Assembly: GCA_964512315.1 (NCBI GenBank)
Contig: CAZEIK010000005.1
Location: 1 to 43,025, forward strand
Source of the DNA: an uncultured Candidatus Saccharibacteria bacterium
GTDB taxonomy: Bacteria > Patescibacteriota > Minisyncoccia > Phycocordibacterales > UBA5272
DNA: 43,025 nucleotides
Direction: 5' to 3'
The translations under genes and the position numbers were made by a program. The notes beneath the pieces are model-generated. The model saw only the letters and a list, made by a program, of their open reading frames with translations. It had not been told where the DNA came from and did no database searches. Below, piece by piece: positions 36,067 through 43,025 of this stretch. Numbering within the stretch: position 1 is the stretch's first letter; every line of letters begins with the position of its first letter.

Positions 36067-36099
36067 CGAGAGGACCCTGCCACTGGTGGGGTCCTCTCG
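36067..36099. terminator. Hairpin cgagaggaccc-N11-gggtcctctcg between convergent genes
   Basis: 11-bp perfect stem, 19 nt after the 36048 stop and ~100 nt after the 36202 stop. Confidence 0.55.
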
Positions 36100-36201
36100 A
36101 CGTACGGTTCTCGCGCCGCGGTCACCTGAGCCATCCCACCCGACCATGGCCGAAGTGTGGACCGGTGCTGGGACACCGCCGAGGTAGCTGGCGTCGTCGG
36201 T

Positions 36202-36615
36202 TCAGTCGGGCAGGTCGAACCCGGCGCCGCGTGGCGGGGCGGTGCGAACCCAGCCGCGGTGCACGAGCTCCGCGATGACCTCTTTGCGCAGCCGGTCCCA
36301 ACGGTTCGGGTCCTGGAGGGGGTAGAGCTCGTCGAGCGCGTGCCACAGTCCCGGCCGTCCGTTGAAGTGCAGGACCGGTCCGCTCGAGTCCGCATGGCGC
36401 CGGGCCCAGGCGTCGAAGAGCTCCGCGAGGACGTCGACATGGTCGACCGCGATGGGTTCGGTGCTGTCGAAGCGGCCGCCGGAGCGTTCGACCAACGTTC
36501 GAAGCTTCGCCTGCGCCGCCTGCTCGACGGGTGTGAGGTCCGTCGCGTTGGGCACGTCGGGCACTTCGTCGCGAAGGCGGCGTCCTCGGGAGAGCGACCC
36601 TGCTGCTTTGCTCAT
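36202..36615 (-). CDS. Hypothetical protein (137 aa)
   Basis: ATG overlaps the upstream stop (ATGA). GC3 is high. No recognised motif. Confidence 0.6.
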   Translation of the reverse strand: MSKAAGSLSRGRRLRDEVPDVPNATDLTPVEQAAQAKLRTLVERSGGRFDSTEPIAVDHVDVLAELFDAWARRHADSSGPVLHFNGRPGLWHALDELYPLQDPNRWDRLRKEVIAELVHRGWVRTAPPRGAGFDLPD

Positions 36616-37682
36616 GCGGTTTCCTCCTCAATCCCTGAGCTTTCCAGGATCGGGTGCGGTTGCGGGTGTTCCGGTTGTCGATCGCCGGGATCGGACGGTG
36701 ATGTCGGCACCCCTTGGAGGTCGGGGCTGGCTTCAGCCTTGGCTCCCTTGCCTCGGCGCCTTCGGTTGCGACGGGATCGGCCGGGGCGCTTGTCATCGGT
36801 GGCGGGATCGGCAGGCGCACTGGGCGTTTGGGGTTCGGAGGATCTCGCTACGTCGACTGCCGCTTCGACCTGCCCTCGGGCGATCCGTTCAGGGTCGGCG
36901 GTGGCATCGAGCAGCAGGTCGTGACCTGCGGCATCGAGGAGGCGGCGAAGCTCCGACACTCGCAGGTCGACCACGTTGTTCTCAACGAGGGCGACGAACC
37001 TTGCCGGGACCTGCGCTCGTGATGCGAGCTGCGCCTGCCTGAGACCGGACGTGAGCCGCGCTTGCTTCACGAGACTGCCGCCACTGGAACCGAGGTGCCC
37101 GGTGAGGCGCGCGTCCTGGTCGGAGGTCTTCGCTGCGGCGTCGGGTCGGTCGTCGCATGCTTCTCGTGGTCGTCGTGGACCAGGCAGGGTGATCGCCTCC
37201 CATGCGCCGATGGTCCCACGGGCGATGACCGGGTGGACCTTCGCGCTCTTCGGGGTACCTGGGGCTTGGATGATCGTGACCCCACCCACTGCGGCCAGCT
37301 TGTCGAAGAACGCACGGGTACCTCCGCGGGTGCCCGCTGGGATGGCAGTGACTTCTTGTCGCAGCAGTGCCTTCTCGTACTCCTCGCGTTCGTCTTCGTC
37401 GAGCCGGCTGGCAAGGGCGGCATCTACGACGAGTGCGTCATGAGCTCCGCCCAGGAGCTGTTGGCAGCTCGTTCGCAGCGTCGACCATCGTCGACGGCCG
37501 TCCGGGTCGAGCGAGAAGTCGCCGCTGCCGTCGATGACGAGGGCCTGGCGACGTACCTGCTGGTTCCACCGATTGCTCAGCGGCGCAGGTCGTACAGCGG
37601 TCACATCTTCGGGGTGGGATGAACGGGGTCGTTGCGATGTGACCGGTTCGGTCACGGAGATGAGTTCGGCCGTGTCGTCCAC
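36612..37682 (-). CDS. XRE-family HTH domain protein with unknown N-terminal domain and basic disordered tail
   Basis: LVKQARLTSGLRQAQLASRAQVPARFVALVENNVVDLRVSELRRLLDAAG is a Cro/C1-type HTH. GAGGGAG RBS before GTG 37682. C-terminal RSRRNRRRRGKGAK. Confidence 0.65.
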   Translation of the reverse strand: MDDTAELISVTEPVTSQRPRSSHPEDVTAVRPAPLSNRWNQQVRRQALVIDGSGDFSLDPDGRRRWSTLRTSCQQLLGGAHDALVVDAALASRLDEDEREEYEKALLRQEVTAIPAGTRGGTRAFFDKLAAVGGVTIIQAPGTPKSAKVHPVIARGTIGAWEAITLPGPRRPREACDDRPDAAAKTSDQDARLTGHLGSSGGSLVKQARLTSGLRQAQLASRAQVPARFVALVENNVVDLRVSELRRLLDAAGHDLLLDATADPERIARGQVEAAVDVARSSEPQTPSAPADPATDDKRPGRSRRNRRRRGKGAKAEASPDLQGVPTSPSDPGDRQPEHPQPHPILESSGIEEETA

Positions 37683-37857
37683 CTGCTGCTCCCTCGCCGC
37701 GGCGGACCCACCTGCGCTCCGCCGATGTGCGGAGCATGTCAGATCTCACCTGGCTTCGCGTTCGCAACCGCGAACCACTGGCTCTTCCTCGGCGGTCAGT
37801 CCGGCGACGACGTCGACGGCACCCTGCGACGGGCACTCGACCGGTACGGGTGAGGCG

Positions 37858-38214
37858 TCAGGCGACGAGACCGAGCGATTCGCGTGCGCGGAACGCCTGG
37901 TTGTTGCAGGGCCGGCACAGCACCACGGTGTTGTCGTCGTCTTCGCAGCCGATCGCGTCGCGGTCGGCGGCCCACAGGACCGCTGGCAGATCGCCGCAGC
38001 GGTCGCAGCCGCACCGCCGGGTGAAGATCGCCTCGCGGCGGGCGCGGTACGCGGCGCTCTGGTGGTAGCGGCTGCGGTCCGCAGCAGCGAAGACCTCGCC
38101 GGTGTCGACGTCGGCGAACCGGTGACGTGGCGGGGTCGTCGGCCGGTAGATGACGATGCCGAGCGGGTCGCCGTCGGCGAGAGCTCGCAGGTGGCGGATC
38201 GTGGTGTCGGTCAT
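37858..38214 (-). CDS. Small Cys-rich (zinc-finger-like) protein (118 aa)
   Basis: RRCGCDRCGD...VVLCRPCNNQ has two CxxC pairs. No catalytic His was seen, so it is not called HNH. The rest of ORF 37858..39039 is an out-of-context extension. Confidence 0.6.
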   Translation of the reverse strand: MTDTTIRHLRALADGDPLGIVIYRPTTPPRHRFADVDTGEVFAAADRSRYHQSAAYRARREAIFTRRCGCDRCGDLPAVLWAADRDAIGCEDDDNTVVLCRPCNNQAFRARESLGLVA

Positions 38215-38252
38215 GGGTGGACTCCTGGGGATCGGGGTGCGGCAGCGGCCGG

Positions 38253-38726
38253 TCAGGCCGCTTCGGGGAACTGCTCGTCGTCGGCGAGCTGGGTGAAGTA
38301 GGCGACGAACAGCCGGCCGGCACGTTCGGTGGCGACTTCGAAGGCGTGGAGGCCTTCGTCGCTCTGGGCGAACTCGGCGCCGTCCGCCCACTGGGACTCG
38401 AACGTGGGGCTGGTGGCGAGCTCCCACACGGCACACGGCTCGTCGGTGTCGGCCAGCAGGCTGAGGTACCCGCCGCCACCGAGCATCGCGGTGACGAACG
38501 CTGCGGCGTGCAGGCCTGCGGGGCGTGCGAGGTCGAAGCCGGCCCAGGCGAGGAGGACCTCGTAGAGGAACGGGTCGAGCTCGTGGAGGAACGGAGACTC
38601 GGCGAACGCGACGAGCGTCGCGGTGAGCCAGTCGGTGCCTTGGAGGTCGTCGTCGGCGCCGATCTCGGTGAGCGTCTCGGCGAGCTCGAGCAGCCCGGTG
38701 CTCCAGGGGGTGAGCAGGGCGGTCAC
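38253..38726 (-). CDS. Acidic SUKH/SMI1-KNR4-like protein (putative immunity/antitoxin partner)
   Basis: GTG overlaps the NYN gene stop (GTGA). Acidic composition, and the ...MLGGGGYLSLLADTDEPCAVWE segment resembles the SUKH G-G-G...hydrophobic...V-W core. This is a weak by-eye call. Confidence 0.45.
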   Translation of the reverse strand: MTALLTPWSTGLLELAETLTEIGADDDLQGTDWLTATLVAFAESPFLHELDPFLYEVLLAWAGFDLARPAGLHAAAFVTAMLGGGGYLSLLADTDEPCAVWELATSPTFESQWADGAEFAQSDEGLHAFEVATERAGRLFVAYFTQLADDEQFPEAA

Positions 38727-39238
38727 GCGGCCTCCCCGGGGTTGTAGCCGAACATCGGCAGTTCGTCGTCGAGGTCGTAGGTGTGCTCGGGGTCGACGAC
38801 GGCGAGCAGCTCGCGGGCGGTGGAACCGGTCGGGCAGAGGAGGTGGACGGCCACGCCGGCGCGACCCAGGGTCTGCACGACCGGGACGAAGTCGCCGTCG
38901 CCGGTGACGAGCAGGATCGTGTCGAACGTGGGGGCACCGGCGATGGCAGCGAGGCCGATCTCCATGTCCATGTCGGCCTTGCAGCGTCCGCCGGGCAGGG
39001 TCTTGGGGGTCTTGGTGTGGACCTCGATCCCTGCGGCACGCAGGTGCGAGAAGAACGAGGCGGTGCCGGGCCAGGCGCCCTGGAACCACTTGATGGTCGG
39101 GCGACCGAACGTGGCGCACCAGGCGACGAACGCCTGGGCTTCGATCCGGCGGTACTGGGCGTCGTCGAGGTACCCGAGCAGGTTCTGCCCGTCGACGAGC
39201 ACCAGCACCCGACGGCGAGACAGCGAAGTTACGGTCAT
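38723..39238 (-). CDS. NYN-domain (LabA/PIN-like) nuclease
   Basis: RVLVLVDGQNL, KADMDMEIGLAAI and ILLVTGDGDFVPVV give the conserved Asp constellation of PF01936. AAGGAG RBS before ATG 39238. Confidence 0.75.
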   Translation of the reverse strand: MTVTSLSRRRVLVLVDGQNLLGYLDDAQYRRIEAQAFVAWCATFGRPTIKWFQGAWPGTASFFSHLRAAGIEVHTKTPKTLPGGRCKADMDMEIGLAAIAGAPTFDTILLVTGDGDFVPVVQTLGRAGVAVHLLCPTGSTARELLAVVDPEHTYDLDDELPMFGYNPGEAA

Positions 39239-39251
39239 CTTCGTCTCCTTG

Positions 39252-39293
39252 ATGATGTCAACTCAGCGGTCCGTCCGCCTGAGTTGACATCAT
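39252..39293. promoter_or_regulatory. Perfect 15-bp inverted repeat (ATGATGTCAACTCAG-N12-CTGAGTTGACATCAT) just upstream of the NYN operon RBS
   Basis: Read directly from the sequence. Contains GTCAAC/GTTGAC half-sites that recur at 39318-39333. Confidence 0.6.
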
Positions 39294-39317
39294 TCTGGAC
39301 ATAGATGAGCCCCGTCG

Positions 39318-39333
39318 TCAACAAATATGTTGA
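39318..39333. promoter_or_regulatory. Second palindrome TCAACA-AATA-TGTTGA sharing the GTCAAC/GTTGA half-site
   Basis: Read directly from the sequence, 25 nt from the first palindrome. Confidence 0.5.
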
Positions 39334-39381
39334 TCGGCCCACTCGCGTCCTGCACCCTCTCTGACCTGGGGTTATGCCGAT

Positions 39382-39520
39382 CGCTTTTCCTGAAAAGCGG
39401 CTCGTCAGTGACAGCTCAGGAACCGAAAAGGCGAATCCTTTGACGCTTTCCTTTTCCGAAGTCTTTTGCCGTCATTGGTTACCGAAAAGGGAAGACAAAA
39501 GAGAAAGCCAAGAAGGAAGC
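39382..39520. repeat. AT-richer tract with CGAAAAG/CTTTTC(C) iterations and a cgctttt-cctg-aaaagcg hairpin
   Basis: cctGAAAAGcgg (39389-), accGAAAAGgcg (39422-), accGAAAAGgga (39481-), plus the complementary ctttccttttccgaag and gtcttttgcc. This is the lowest-GC stretch of the window. Confidence 0.5.
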
Positions 39521-39631
39521 TCTGACGACAAAAGGGCCGCGGTGAAGACGACGCGCAGGTCGCGTCGCAGACCATGCTGTGACGGCCTCGGACGCACAGG
39601 GTTGCGGCGAGCCGATCGGCTGCGCGTCGGC

Positions 39632-40081
39632 TCAGGGGTGGCGCCTCGATCGGCCGCAGCGCCGGCAGCGGACGGTTGCTGCGGCGAGCTCGGCTTCGAT
39701 TGCTGCGAGTGCCCAGCCGTCCTTGCGGAGGCTCTTGAGGCTCCTGCCGGTCGACCCGATGGCGCACAGCGCAGTGGTGGAGCCGCAGCAGGCGCAGCGG
39801 GCCCCATCGAGCCAGCGGTCCACAAGGTCGTTGACGGCCGTCGTTGTGGCTCGGCGTCGTGCGGCGTTCGCGGCACGTTGGCGTGCACCGTCGGCTGCGT
39901 AGGCGTCAGCGGCTTTGGCGCGCCGGGCGATGCGGCACTGGCTGTGGAGCTTGAGGTGCGCGATCGACTTGAACGCGAACGCGCTGACGGGGTGCTGGCG
40001 GCTGCAGGCGCTGCAGTACTTGGTGGGTCCGACGGTCGCGGTGATCTGGTCGTAGAGGTCGTCGTGGAGGACAGCGGTCAT
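39632..40081 (-). CDS. Cys-rich hypothetical protein (149 aa)
   Basis: GC3 is very high in this frame. CSACS...C...CACCG...CRRCG motifs. Preferred over the overlapping + strand ORF 39374..40111. Confidence 0.65.
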   Translation of the reverse strand: MTAVLHDDLYDQITATVGPTKYCSACSRQHPVSAFAFKSIAHLKLHSQCRIARRAKAADAYAADGARQRAANAARRRATTTAVNDLVDRWLDGARCACCGSTTALCAIGSTGRSLKSLRKDGWALAAIEAELAAATVRCRRCGRSRRHP

Positions 40082-40116
40082 GGTCGGGTCCGTTCGCGGG
40101 TGGGTGGGTAGCGGGG

Positions 40117-40752
40117 TCAGCCGTGGGCTCGCAGCTCGCCGGTGCTGATGTCGATGCCGGCTTCGCGGACGAGGTCGTCGATGGCGGCGGCGACCCCGGT
40201 GAGCGATCCCGGCAGGTGTCGTGCTCGTTGCTTGGCGGCGGTGGCGGTGGCTGGGGGGATGCCGGCGTAGGCGAGGATGGCTTGGCGCCCGGCGGTGTCG
40301 GGCGCTCGGTGCAGCAGCGCGGCGGCCGCGACGAGGTGGAGGTCCTCGAGCTCCGGGGGGTGAGCGATCTCGAGGGAGCGGAGATCCGCGCGTACGAGCG
40401 CGAGCAGGCCACCTCGTTGCGCGACCGGTAACGCCAGGGTGTCGGCGACGTTGCCTGCGCGGCCATCGAGGAGTGCTCGTGCCGCGCCGGCGAGCGGCAC
40501 GTCTCGGGCGATGGTGACCTGCTGGTTGAAGGCAAGCGACCGGATGTGCAGGGCGTCTGCGGAGGCGGTCACGGCTCCTTCGAGGATCTCGTAGTGGCGT
40601 GCGAGGGTGAGCAGCGGCACGGCGAGCAGGCGGGTGCTGCGCGTCGGGCTGCGCAGGAGTTCGGTGAGCAGGTCGAGGTACCGGGTGGTCGGGTCGTGGG
40701 TCATGGGCCGCAACGTCCGGGGGCGGGTTGTGGGGGCAGTCGCTGTTGGCAT
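40117..40752 (-). CDS. Hypothetical protein (211 aa), immediately downstream of integrase
   Basis: ATG lies 1 nt after the integrase stop. Ala/Leu-rich and helical, with no motif recognised. An alternative start is the internal ATG at MTHDPTT. Confidence 0.6.
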   Translation of the reverse strand: MPTATAPTTRPRTLRPMTHDPTTRYLDLLTELLRSPTRSTRLLAVPLLTLARHYEILEGAVTASADALHIRSLAFNQQVTIARDVPLAGAARALLDGRAGNVADTLALPVAQRGGLLALVRADLRSLEIAHPPELEDLHLVAAAALLHRAPDTAGRQAILAYAGIPPATATAAKQRARHLPGSLTGVAAAIDDLVREAGIDISTGELRAHG

Positions 40753-40753
40753 G

Positions 40754-42715
40754 TCAGAGCTCCTCTTCGGTCATGCGGCGCCGGCCGCTCGCTGCGAGCG
40801 CACGGCCGAGGGCGTGGGCGGCGGCGGGGGTGAGCTCCGGGTGGGCTCGTTCGACGGCAGCTGCGGCGTCATCCGCGCCGAGGTTGAGCACGGTGGAGGC
40901 GAGGTCGCTGAGCGATTCGGCGAGCGCGGTGCCGTGGCGGTGGCGGGTGCGGGTCGCTGGTCCGTGCTGGTCGATGACGCCCCGGTAGTTGGCTTTGATG
41001 ACCAGCGGTGAGTTGCCTGCCCAGGTGGCCACGTCCTCGTAGTGGTACCCGTCTTGGAGCATGGCGGTGATGCCGGAGTGGCGGAGGTGACGGAACCGCA
41101 GGTCGCGCAGGTGGTGTTCGCCGGGGAGCGCGAAGAGTTCGTCGAGCACGGGGACCATCCACTTCTGGGAGAAGTCACCGAGGTCGATGGGGGCGCCGCC
41201 GTGGGTGGTGAACAGCCGGGGGTCGTGGCGGTCCGGATCGGCTGAGGTGAGGTCGGGCTCGGGGACGAACTCGTCGACGTGGCGTTGCAGCATCGCGGCG
41301 AGCTCTGGGGTGATCGGCACCCAGCGGCTGTCGCCTTCGCCGCGGGCTTTGAGGGTGACGACGGTGCGCGACGTGTCACCGTCGGTGTAGCGCAGCGGGT
41401 AGTTGACCTCGGCTTCGGAGATCACCAGCCCGGGGTTCGGTCCCTCGAGCGCCAGGCATGAGAGCCGTGTTGCGATCAGCTCTTCGGGTCGTGCGAACGT
41501 GCCGTAGGCGGTTTCGATGAAGCCCTGGTAGCGGCGGCCGTCGTAGATCTGCGCGCTGCCGTCGACATAGGGGCCTCGTCGGGTGTGGTTGGCCATCGTG
41601 TCGGCGATCGCCGCGACCTGCTGCGCGTTCCACAGGCGCTTGTCGCTGAAGTGGGTTCGGGGCGCGGCTTCGATGCGCTTGTCGACGCGGGGCGTCCACG
41701 GGTTGGTGTCGATGCGTCCCTCGGCGTGCGCTTCGCTCAGCGCGCTCTTGACGGTGCGAGCAGCGGCCCGCACGGTCGTCGGTCCGGCGACTTCAGCCGT
41801 CGCCGCCGGTGCCACAGGCAGCTCGAGGGGTGCGCCGGGGTGGGCGGCGGCGCGTTCTGCGGCTTCGATGGCGCGGCCCCAGGCCTGTTCGGCCCGCAGG
41901 TTCGCGGTGCGGGTCCGCAGGTTGAGGTGCTGGCGGTAGTCGACGAACCCGATGCAGTCGGCTTCGTTGAGCGACGCGCCGCCGGGGTCGTCGAGGCGCA
42001 TCGACGAGTGCGCGGCGATCGTCGGGTCCGCGAGGCGGGGGTCGCCCGGCACGTACTGGAAGAACGACGCGGCGAGGGCGAGCTCGCCTTCGTAGCCGCC
42101 GAGGGTGCCACCGGCGCGTGCCCGGTTGCGCTTGGACTTCGTGGCGCACAGATCGGCCATCCGCCAGGCGACGAGTTGGTCGAAGTCGTCGAGGTGCTCG
42201 ACCGCCACGACGAGCTCGTCCCACTGTGCTTCGAGCGGCGGCAGCCAGCCGGCGCCTCCAGGGTCGGTGTCGGGGCGTGGCGCCACGATCGGGGCGATGT
42301 GAGCATCGGCGCCGGTGACCGGCCCGGCCGGGGTGGGTGGCCGCGTCGGGAACGCGACGACGACCCCGGTGCGCTCCGGTGCCGGGTCGCCGGCGGTGGC
42401 CGCCGCCGGCGTGCCGGGTGCGATGGGGTGGCGGCGGTCGTCGGCGGGAAGGTCCGCGTAGATGGCCGCGACGAGCAGCCGCCGGAACGCGATGGCGTCA
42501 TCGAGGCCGTCGGGCAGCGCGAACGACGTCGAGGTGCTGGCGCCGTCGTAGCGCCAGTGCAACGAGACCCGCTCCGCGCCCCACAGCTCGGCGCGCATCT
42601 CGTCATCGGAGCCGTGCACGCCGGCTTCGAACGGCTCGGCGGCGCCGCCGGGACTGCGGCGCTTGGCGGAGAACGAGGCGCTCCAGCGGGCGTCGCGGGT
42701 GCGTCGGGTGCCCAT
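40754..42715 (-). CDS. Tyrosine integrase of the tRNA-Arg island (about 650 aa, long N-terminal extension)
   Basis: YGTFARPEELIATRL (R), VTLKARGEG (K), LRFRHLRHSGITAM (HxxR-H), GNSPLVIKANYRGV (Y). Adjacent to the tRNA. The ORF is open to 42796; ATG 42715 (GAGG upstream) was chosen. Confidence 0.8.
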   Translation of the reverse strand: MGTRRTRDARWSASFSAKRRSPGGAAEPFEAGVHGSDDEMRAELWGAERVSLHWRYDGASTSTSFALPDGLDDAIAFRRLLVAAIYADLPADDRRHPIAPGTPAAATAGDPAPERTGVVVAFPTRPPTPAGPVTGADAHIAPIVAPRPDTDPGGAGWLPPLEAQWDELVVAVEHLDDFDQLVAWRMADLCATKSKRNRARAGGTLGGYEGELALAASFFQYVPGDPRLADPTIAAHSSMRLDDPGGASLNEADCIGFVDYRQHLNLRTRTANLRAEQAWGRAIEAAERAAAHPGAPLELPVAPAATAEVAGPTTVRAAARTVKSALSEAHAEGRIDTNPWTPRVDKRIEAAPRTHFSDKRLWNAQQVAAIADTMANHTRRGPYVDGSAQIYDGRRYQGFIETAYGTFARPEELIATRLSCLALEGPNPGLVISEAEVNYPLRYTDGDTSRTVVTLKARGEGDSRWVPITPELAAMLQRHVDEFVPEPDLTSADPDRHDPRLFTTHGGAPIDLGDFSQKWMVPVLDELFALPGEHHLRDLRFRHLRHSGITAMLQDGYHYEDVATWAGNSPLVIKANYRGVIDQHGPATRTRHRHGTALAESLSDLASTVLNLGADDAAAAVERAHPELTPAAAHALGRALAASGRRRMTEEEL

Positions 42716-42843
42716 CACCGGGCCTCGGGCAGGTGATCGTTTCGTGCCATGGGGCCGCACCGTTCGACCGCGATCTGGGGGCGCAACCGCGTCCACCTCG
42801 GCGCGGTCGCACCCGGTTTGTGTGTTCGCTGCCGCCGTTGTGT

Positions 42844-42987
42844 GTGCGCCCGGTTCCTGGTGGCGCCCACCGCTGGGGCCTGCACCATCGGCCAGGAACG
42901 ACGAAACCCCCTCGTCAGAGGGGGTTTCGTCTGGAACCTGCGAAGCGCGCCCGTAGGGACTCGAACCCCAAACCTTCTGATCCGTAG
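42844..42987 (-). repeat. att-3: tRNA-proximal copy of the 144-bp direct repeat (overlaps the 3' part of the functional tRNA)
   Basis: Aligns without gaps to 9095-9238 with 7 mismatches. Confidence 0.85.
42903..42928 (-). terminator. tRNA-Arg terminator hairpin (gaaaccccctc-gtca-gagggggtttc)
   Basis: Same perfect 11-bp stem as 9154-9179, located 18 nt downstream of the tRNA 3' end. Confidence 0.65.
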
Positions 42988-43019
42988 TCAGATGCTCTAT
43001 CCAATTGAGCTACGAGCGC
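42946..43019 (-). tRNA. tRNA-Arg (anticodon ACG), 74 nt, no encoded CCA
   Basis: Folded by hand: acceptor GCGCTCG/CGGGCGC (one U:G), D-arm GCTC-AATTGGATA-GAGC, anticodon arm TCTGA-CTACGGA-TCAGA, variable loop AGGTT, T-arm TGGGG-TTCGAGT-CCCTA, discriminator G. Confidence 0.9.
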
Positions 43020-43025
43020 TGGTGG

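Larger units (their letters stand above)
9239..42987 (-). mobile_element. tRNA-Arg-integrated genomic (defence) island, ~33.7 kb, tyrosine-integrase type
   Basis: Direct repeats 9095-9238 and 42844-42987. The integrase gene sits immediately inside the tRNA-proximal end. Cargo consists of defence and mobility genes. No relaxase, FtsK/TraB or Rep gene was recognised, so it is not evidently self-transmissible. Confidence 0.8.

Noticed and set aside
39374-40111. Plus-strand 245-aa ORF starting in the AT-rich intergenic region
   Set aside because: Its 3' two-thirds is antisense to a minus-strand ORF (39632..40081) with near-uniform G/C third positions. Its 5' part has no RBS and has low-complexity Lys/Glu/Ser codons. 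A short translated peptide cannot be excluded.
9239-42987. Interpretation of the large island as a conjugative ICE/AICE or a prophage
   Set aside because: I saw no FtsK/TraB-like translocase, relaxase, Rep, T4SS, capsid, terminase or tail genes in any frame. It is better described as a non-self-transmissible, possibly mobilisable, genomic island.
1-43025. CRISPR arrays or other regularly spaced short repeats
   Set aside because: No repeat-spacer periodicity was seen anywhere. The only multi-copy sequences are the att/arm repeats, the IS inverted repeats and the short iterations at 39.25-39.52 kb.

Overview
High-GC (Actinomycetota-like) 43-kb window that is almost entirely horizontally acquired DNA inserted into a tRNA-Arg(ACG) gene. 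All homology calls are by-eye motif recognition; no database search was run.

The intact tRNA lies at the right edge (42946-43019, minus strand). Partial copies of its 3' portion recur at 9095-9238 and 13-56. This suggests two integrative modules accreted in tandem.

(A) A ~33.7-kb island (9239-42987). A large tyrosine integrase sits next to the tRNA. It is followed by small-gene operons: an NYN nuclease with a SUKH-like partner, an XRE-HTH protein and an Eco29kI-like GIY-YIG nuclease. Next come a cluster of three further tyrosine-recombinase genes and a TcmP / DUF5131 (three-Cys, Gp37/Gp68) pair plus a 74-aa ORF. A complete class 1 DISARM operon (drmD-drmMI-drmA-drmB-drmC, all joined by 4-nt start/stop overlaps) lies directly downstream. 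The island ends with an orphan receiver-domain protein, an HNH nuclease and an IS3-family element.

(B) A ~9.2-kb integrase-less module (57-9238). It encodes two LAL-type (AAA + LuxR) regulators, two FG-GAP-like repeat proteins and a lipoprotein.

The best candidates for something undescribed are:
- the TcmP/DUF5131/orf74 module co-oriented with DISARM;
- the orphan REC protein downstream of drmC;
- the NYN/SUKH-like operon with its palindromic operator region;
- the methylase-less Eco29kI-like nuclease;
- the atypical recombinase trio.
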